Assembly (NCBI GenBank): GCA_032718475.1
Contig: JAUCBJ010008708.1
Coordinates: 62,001-126,000 of the forward strand
Direction: 5' to 3'
Length of the DNA stretch: 64,000 nucleotides
Source of the DNA: Nemertoderma westbladi
Lineage: Eukaryota; Animalia; Xenacoelomorpha
Below, one piece after another: positions 58,901-64,000 of the stretch. Under the pieces are notes generated by a model. It was not told where the DNA came from. It ran no database searches and worked only from the letters and a program-made list of their open reading frames with translations. Made by a program: the position numbers and the translations under genes. Each line of letters begins with the position of its first letter. The first letter of the stretch is position 1.

Positions 58901-61900
58901 CTGCTGAGTCCTGTTCCAACCATTGTATGGTCCGTTCAGTCAGCAGTCGGTCAAGCGCTGCTTGCACTGCGCCATGGTCCTCGTCCACGTCTTCGTCCGC
59001 TGCGGTGGCTAGTGTCAAGGTGTCTGGTAGGCTCGCAAGCCTTCCGGTGTCACTAGTCGGCGTCGAATTGTCGTGCGGCGGTTTGACAACCTCTTGATCT
59101 ATCGGTAGGCTCGCAAGCCTTCCAAGATCAACGACCGGTGTCGAAGCCTGGTGGGTGGGGTCAATGACCTTCGGATTTTTCGGTAGGCTCGCAAGCCTTC
59201 CAAAATCCTCGTTCATCGAGTCATCCACGGCAACAACCCTCAGGTCTTCGGTAGTCAATACAACCTGGTCTACTGCAAGTAGTTGTAAGTCAGAGGTCCG
59301 TATGGTCGTGTCCAGATCGGTTACGTCAGTATCGGTGGCGTCTGCGTTAGTGACGCAAGTCTGTCGTAGTGCCGTCCGTACAATTGGACCACGGGAGTGT
59401 GAAGGAGAATTATCTATCGTGTTAGTCAATAAACTACACGTGCTCAAAACGTCGTCCTCCTGGTCACTTACCTCTAGTGAACGTATTGGTGCTCTAGTAT
59501 ACCAACCTATGGGAGTTCTACATGCGTAGGGGTTGCCCGCTGTAATAACAGATGGGCGTGTCTCCCATACCTGATGTAAGTTAAACTGGTCTGTCCCAAT
59601 TAACATCGCAATGGAACGATAATTGACAGGACATTCCGGTATTCCAAGGTGTCGAAAATACTTACGATCTTCCGGAGATTGCTCTGGCACAGGGCCGAGC
59701 AAGTTACTAAAGTCCTTCGTAGCTGCAAAGGTCAAATTTCTTACCGGAAGTAATGAGCGCTCCTCCTTGCTGTGTTCCGTTTTGGAAAGAAGAGTGTCTA
59801 AAGTTAGTTTTACTCTCGTCACAGGAATCGCTCTCTTACCATGCATGCTGCTTACAGTATACTGAGCAGTCTTACCTTGACTCAAGTCCGTAACTACGTC
59901 GGCTACTTGTTCGTCGACATAGCTATGCGATGACGCAGAGTCTAAGATGGCGTATATACGCTTGCTCCCTCGGGTTCCGGTAATCTTTATAGGAATCACG
60001 CTAAACCCTTTCAATTGGTTCTGTGTGAGGAGCGTTATCGAAGGCTGTTCCTCACCTGCATGCACGTAGAAAGTGTCGTCTTCCTCCTCGTCCTCGTCCG
60101 ATGATCCTGACTGATCCATACAGTCGGTATAAAAGGTACGGATCTCGCGCGGCGCACGCTCCTTATAAAGCGCGTCGCATCTAGCCGCTTTATCGGGATG
60201 CTCTCGTCGAAAGCGTCTGGTCGGAGTATGACTGGTTGTGTGAAGCAACGCGTCATGGTTACGTCCACACAGAGAACATGTATCATCGCTCGGGCAATCC
60301 TTCCGGACGTGTCCTGGCTTCATACATCTCCAACAGGAATCTAGAGATCGGATTTGGAGTCTCCTTTCCTCGATCCCTAACTCTTTAAAAGCGCGACATC
60401 CACGTAGTTTATGTCCGCTATGGTTTCTGCCGTTCCGCTCGCAGTATGAGCATCCCACAAAGTCCGCCGGCAACTGTTGTCGTGGCTGCGTGGTGCCGAT
60501 AGGCGTCAGAACTTTAGAAGTCTCAGTAGGGGTGGCGTAAGTAACGGCTTTCGCGTTCGTCGGAAACGGTTTAGTCCGATTCGGCGCAGAAACAGTTATC
60601 CCTTCCGCCGCGATATGGTGATCGGTATAGTTCGATCGAGTCTCGATCACGGCCTCCCGTGAAATAAGTTGATAGACATCGGTGAGTTTTAATAACCCTC
60701 CGGCCTCTTCGCGTTGGTACTCGATGCGTCGCCATTCTCGTCGTAGTCGATGATGAAGTCGACCGATTATTCGAATGAGAACCGTCGGTGCGTTAGCGTA
60801 CTCGAGTTGTCCAATGGACCGTAAAGTCCCTATAGCGTTCTTTATTTCGTCCGCGAGTCGTAAAAGGTCGATCGGTCTCGAAATGTTGCCTCCTCTGCAG
60901 AGGTCTTCAATGATGGATTTAGCCATGGCGACATTACCGCCGTAAATCGAATACAAACGGTCGTACGCCAATTCAAAGGCATCGGGAACACCAATAAAGG
61001 TTTCCGCTAATCGTTTCGGCTCACCAGACAGAACTTGGAGCAAGTAATTAAACTTCTCCGTCGAGGTGAAAGCACACTTAGCGATCTGGGACTCTACGTA
61101 GTCTACCAGTGTGCGCCAGTGTTTCGCGTTGCCAGAGAATTTCGGCAGTTGCTGTGCCGGTAATCCGTGTCTAGCCGCGAATTTCGCAATCTCGTTAACT
61201 AAGTCCAACTGTCCGCGTCCCTGTTCGGTGGCGTCGTCCAGTCGCTTCCTTCCGCGCGTTGTTCGTCGGTAGGAATTATTAACGGGATCTTCTTCTCGAT
61301 GTGTCGGAGTCCGTCTAGTCTCCTGTTCTCTCCTCGGTGGTCGATGTTGTCTAGGTTGTTCCAACTCCACGCTGGTTCGTGATCGATCCGACGGTTGCGC
61401 TTCGAGTCGCTCTTCGAGTTGAGCTAGTCGGTCCGTTACAGGTCGCATTATTTCGGCGAGTCTGTTGGTGCTGATCGCTTCCGCAGGTTGCAACGTGGGT
61501 TTCTGTTGGGGTGTTTCTCGTGGAGGATTATCAATATAGGGGTTCGTCGATCGTTCCTCCCGTTTGTAATCCGCTGCCGCTGCCGCTCCAGTACGGAATA
61601 TTTCCCGTTCCGTCGACTCCGAGTCACTGGATGAATCGCTGTCGTCCGGATAAGGTGGTTGGCGGGTTCGCGTCCGGCGTATTATTCTTGGTCGAGTTCG
61701 TCGTGGTCTGGGATCTACGGCTCCTCGTTGTTCGGTAGGCTCGCAAGCCTTCCACGAAGTCGTAGGTCTCGTTAAACATTGGGTGAGAGGTCTAGTAAAA
61801 ACATCTGAGTTAAGTTCTACTGTAGGTTTATAAATGACTGGGTTCGCGCAGCACGTCACAGGTTTAACTTGCAATGGTTTACTCACCTGTTTTACTGTCA

Positions 61901-63560
61901 TAAACGCAGGTTCGTCTCTCTCCACAAGTAAACTACGACTTACTGTAGGTGGACTAGTTATGTTACCTGCTAAAATTGGCGATGAAGTCGCCCTAGGTTG
62001 CGGTATTTCCGTCACAACAAACCTGCTACCTTGCGTCGGACGCACAGGCGTTATTTCCTTAGGTTTCGTAACGAAGACCGGTTTTATCGGAGTCGTGGGT
62101 TTGAGCATAGGAATAACTTGGGGAAAACGTTTACAGTAATCCTCGACGAACTCCTCTCCTCGATCTATCGCTCCCACGCTTCCTTCCTCGATCCGCTTCT
62201 GTATTCCGCGATATCGAGCTTCCATACGATCCAGGGCAGACAAGTCGTGTCCAGTTCGCGATCTTATAGATCTATCTCTCGCGTCGAGTTCGAGGTCCGC
62301 TTGCGCGTTCGCTGTCTCGCGCGATCTACGATTCAATTCGAACTGTAGTTGCATCTCCCTTTCGCGTCGATCTGCGTCCTGTTGTTGTGCCGCTAATTCC
62401 GCTTCCTGTATAGCTAATCGAGCGTTTATTTGCCGCGCCTCCAACTTGGCATGAGCGTCGGATGCTGCTTTCTTCCGTGCTAACTCGTCAGCTGCCGCCT
62501 GTCGTGCTAACTCGTCGGCTGCTGCCGCCGCGGCCGCTTCTCGCGCTAAGTCCTCCTCCAGTCTCCGCATCTCTGATGCTTCGAACTCAGCCTGTGCTTG
62601 AAGTTTCGCAAGTTTCGCTACGTCCTCTCTGCGCTGTTTTTCTCCTTCGATGGCGATCTGTGCCATCTGTAGTTGCGCTTCTTCCTCGGCGACTTGTTGT
62701 CGGCGTGCAACCTCCTGTTGTTGTCGAGTAATTCCAGACGCTGTTCTACTAACGTCGCCAACGTTGCCAACGTCGCTCCGTACGCTAACGAACGATCTAT
62801 CCAGTGGTGGATGTTGGTAGGCTCGCGAGCCTTCCGTAGTGAGAACTTCCGTCGTCCCTCGCGGTTCGACTTCCGGTTCGTCGATCGGTACGCCGCATCT
62901 ACGAAGAAAATTGGTCAGCGTTTCCAACCTTCCGTCCAGGCAGTAGAGTTCTTCTTCCTCTTCTGGTTGTAACAACGCGTCCGAAACTGACTCACCTAGC
63001 AGTTGGTCGAACTGCTCCTGTTGAGCCAATCTTATCACCGACTTAAACTGGATAAGGCTTTCTCTCGCACTTACCAATTTATCTACTATCTTTACCTGAG
63101 TAAAGTTGTCGCCACGCAACTCTGCAAGTTCGTGCAAACCTTTAAGTTTATCTACGGAGGCATGTACCCTACTTTCTATCCTTACCTGTAAGGTGTAGAA
63201 CTCGTATCTCGACATCGGGGCGGTTAACTCACGTAAAACGCGAAAACCTTCTCCGAGGTTCCGAGTAATCTGGGCCATGTGTCCTCCTATACTTCTAATA
63301 ACGTTCTCCTGGCTTCCAGTCGAACTTACCATGTCCGGTTCCCGCGATCTAGTCTGCGGGACGGTAAGGAAATCTTCGATCCTGCCGTCGCCACGCGTTG
63401 CGGCTTCCGGTATTTCCGTTCGGGGTACCGGCGACGCAAGCGGTGTGACATCGGTGGAATCTCGGGTTCTCCTTCTCGGTTCGTCTACTGTCGATCTGTC
63501 CAGGTCGCACGAGTCATAGTCGGTAGATGGGTATCTCGTCGAATGGGGTGTGTCACTCAT
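55914..63560 (-). CDS. BEL-C Gag-PR-RT-RNase H polyprotein (2548 aa) lacking the integrase core
   Basis: LPKFSGN…KFNYLLQVLSGEP; three knuckles; ILDSASSHSYV; YYLPHH…KVRVVND; FYVDDG; YDPL; FSDAS; NPADIASRG. Ends after YPIIIP. Confidence 0.93.
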   Translation of the reverse strand: MSDTPHSTRYPSTDYDSCDLDRSTVDEPRRRTRDSTDVTPLASPVPRTEIPEAATRGDGRIEDFLTVPQTRSREPDMVSSTGSQENVIRSIGGHMAQITRNLGEGFRVLRELTAPMSRYEFYTLQVRIESRVHASVDKLKGLHELAELRGDNFTQVKIVDKLVSARESLIQFKSVIRLAQQEQFDQLLGESVSDALLQPEEEEELYCLDGRLETLTNFLRRCGVPIDEPEVEPRGTTEVLTTEGSRAYQHPPLDRSFVSVRSDVGNVGDVSRTASGITRQQQEVARRQQVAEEEAQLQMAQIAIEGEKQRREDVAKLAKLQAQAEFEASEMRRLEEDLAREAAAAAAADELARQAAADELARKKAASDAHAKLEARQINARLAIQEAELAAQQQDADRREREMQLQFELNRRSRETANAQADLELDARDRSIRSRTGHDLSALDRMEARYRGIQKRIEEGSVGAIDRGEEFVEDYCKRFPQVIPMLKPTTPIKPVFVTKPKEITPVRPTQGSRFVVTEIPQPRATSSPILAGNITSPPTVSRSLLVERDEPAFMTVKQVSKPLQVKPVTCCANPVIYKPTVELNSDVFTRPLTQCLTRPTTSWKACEPTEQRGAVDPRPRRTRPRIIRRTRTRQPPYPDDSDSSSDSESTEREIFRTGAAAAADYKREERSTNPYIDNPPRETPQQKPTLQPAEAISTNRLAEIMRPVTDRLAQLEERLEAQPSDRSRTSVELEQPRQHRPPRREQETRRTPTHREEDPVNNSYRRTTRGRKRLDDATEQGRGQLDLVNEIAKFAARHGLPAQQLPKFSGNAKHWRTLVDYVESQIAKCAFTSTEKFNYLLQVLSGEPKRLAETFIGVPDAFELAYDRLYSIYGGNVAMAKSIIEDLCRGGNISRPIDLLRLADEIKNAIGTLRSIGQLEYANAPTVLIRIIGRLHHRLRREWRRIEYQREEAGGLLKLTDVYQLISREAVIETRSNYTDHHIAAEGITVSAPNRTKPFPTNAKAVTYATPTETSKVLTPIGTTQPRQQLPADFVGCSYCERNGRNHSGHKLRGCRAFKELGIEERRLQIRSLDSCWRCMKPGHVRKDCPSDDTCSLCGRNHDALLHTTSHTPTRRFRREHPDKAARCDALYKERAPREIRTFYTDCMDQSGSSDEDEEEDDTFYVHAGEEQPSITLLTQNQLKGFSVIPIKITGTRGSKRIYAILDSASSHSYVDEQVADVVTDLSQGKTAQYTVSSMHGKRAIPVTRVKLTLDTLLSKTEHSKEERSLLPVRNLTFAATKDFSNLLGPVPEQSPEDRKYFRHLGIPECPVNYRSIAMLIGTDQFNLHQVWETRPSVITAGNPYACRTPIGWYTRAPIRSLEVSDQEDDVLSTCSLLTNTIDNSPSHSRGPIVRTALRQTCVTNADATDTDVTDLDTTIRTSDLQLLAVDQVVLTTEDLRVVAVDDSMNEDFGRLASLPKNPKVIDPTHQASTPVVDLGRLASLPIDQEVVKPPHDNSTPTSDTGRLASLPDTLTLATAADEDVDEDHGAVQAALDRLLTERTIQWLEQDSAEPGSYETAMSEQEKRSLNIMRDTIRQTANGHYEVGMLWRNGQPKLVNNYPLALRRLKSIRQRLLRDETAHMQYNAQLQTYLQKGYAIRMLNPEVTTDQTYYLPHHYVRHPDKPGKVRVVNDCAALYQGMSMNSELMDGPNMNNYLMGVLMRFRQRKVAFTCDVEAMFHQVKALERNRESLRFLWYPDGNLQLPPETYQMQVRVFGARDSPNCTMYALKQTALDRRDQFDPEVVRTVERDFYVDDGLKSCDTLERATTVAHQLQDCLAEGGFHLTKFASNEPELVNSFDPMDRSGGDLDLDLEPLPTTKVLGLSWDPNTDNFRVRVRSNDQTRPLTKRTCLSTMSRLYDPLCFISPVILHARIILRSIWQAGLEWDDPIPEKLAERWRDWEAQLTFLQDYTIPRVYFPLQTTFPADLELHSFSDASKDGLGVTLYLRRQVTSDSYDVSLVTSRARTMPLKYMTVPRGELQAGTISTDIVSLVQRELEANLKVTYWMDATLVLWYINNETFEFKTFVANRRAEILDRSLKQDWRHCPGKLNPADIASRGMQPLDFCKPDNKSFWFRGPDFLQRPSDEWPPLFDATTNTIPEGAEIKLDKVVKSKWKANAKVKRKKGRTKSDDLDARPDITPDVSPDTRPDACTNPSPDVPREISPDVSPDCSPDYSPDYSPEETPDCSPDCSPDCLMELSTECLPDVSPDCSPDISTDCSPDFEPDFLIEVTLDRLWDRRQDISPDVPRYVSPDVSPDCSPDASPDCLLDTPLEDPLERTFRDLPNLTSLDDRDVATGITLRSKKVLDLPTGKVVTKVRKLTGSQEHTDTVELKPLLPVDILGADGKGKTVEIDVLGDSDKPTGRPVGLPSPDKYPHYDYTLPDDVTNTYVDRIVNLTRSWTDACRKLAWLKRLRQYARGKRDFPRRLTLKEIEHCEVDIIRHYQLRYFAREFTAIKQGKQIKSSPILSWSSIIYRGLLCHKSRLQNIDFALDFRYPIIIPQHHELP
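56635..57030 (-). repeat. 12-bp in-frame tandem repeats encoding [S/T]PD[C/V/Y/I]
   Basis: TCTGG[T/C]GA[A/G]NNN units on the plus strand; protein …SPDVSPDCSPDYSPDYSPE…. Confidence 0.9.
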
Positions 63561-64000
63561 GTCTTATTATATACGTCGAGTACGGGTAATAAAATGTCAG
63601 TGTCTGAATGTTGAAGTGTCAAACTTACCTTGGTATATATAGTACATATATACCCTAACCGGTACAAATAAATCAACAAGTCAGAATGTCGAAATGTCAA
63701 AATGTCGAAATGTACAAATGTCAAACTTACCTTGATATATATATATATCATATATATACCCTAACCGGTACAAATAAAACTAACAAGGTATATAATAAAA
63801 TAAGTAGTAATCTAGCCTACCGGCTAAATTTGTACGAATAAGTGAGATAACGGTATACGTTAACAAAATATAGATCAACAAGTAAACAATAGGCCAAACA
63901 GCAACGTCTAACGGGAAAATAAGTACCAACAACACTACTAATAGACAGTGAAACCCACAAATTTTGAGTACTACTGTGCTTTCTTAAGTTTGAACGACGC

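Larger units (their letters stand above)
51433..64000 (-). mobile_element. BEL/Pao element C (5' LTR outside the window)
   Basis: RTE similarity stops abruptly at 51432, followed by TG; 2548-aa BEL polyprotein; long 3' region. Confidence 0.88.

Overview
AT-rich eukaryotic (invertebrate-like) repeat landscape with no recognisable host gene, made almost entirely of nested mobile elements. In order: (1) a CR1/L2-group LINE (ORF1; PHD-APE-RT ORF2) split by an intact CsRn1-clade Gypsy element (3847-8206) with identical 173-bp LTRs, an ATAT TSD and a -1 frameshift signal; (2) RTE-type LINE copies, one hit by two Mutator-like MITEs and ending in a 55-bp satellite derived from its own 3' end; (3) a BEL/Pao element (BEL-A, minus strand) interrupted by a young 12-kb non-autonomous BEL (BEL-B, 23427-35465) with a highly structured 3' region and an extra zinc-knuckle ORF; (4) foldback arms, a tRNA-SINE and two orphan repeat-protein ORFs; (5) a Mag-like Gypsy (45566-50150) and a large BEL (BEL-C, 51433 to beyond the window end), both inserted in a second RTE copy. 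The most unusual signal is in BEL-C. A 20-nt hairpin, GGAAGGCUUGCGAGCCUACC, occurs 7 times over 8.7 kb, in all three reading frames of the polyprotein and twice in non-coding sequence. The same element has a predicted spliced accessory gene. Together these suggest a complex-retrovirus-like cis-element/accessory-protein system. All family assignments come from motif recognition by eye; no database search was run.
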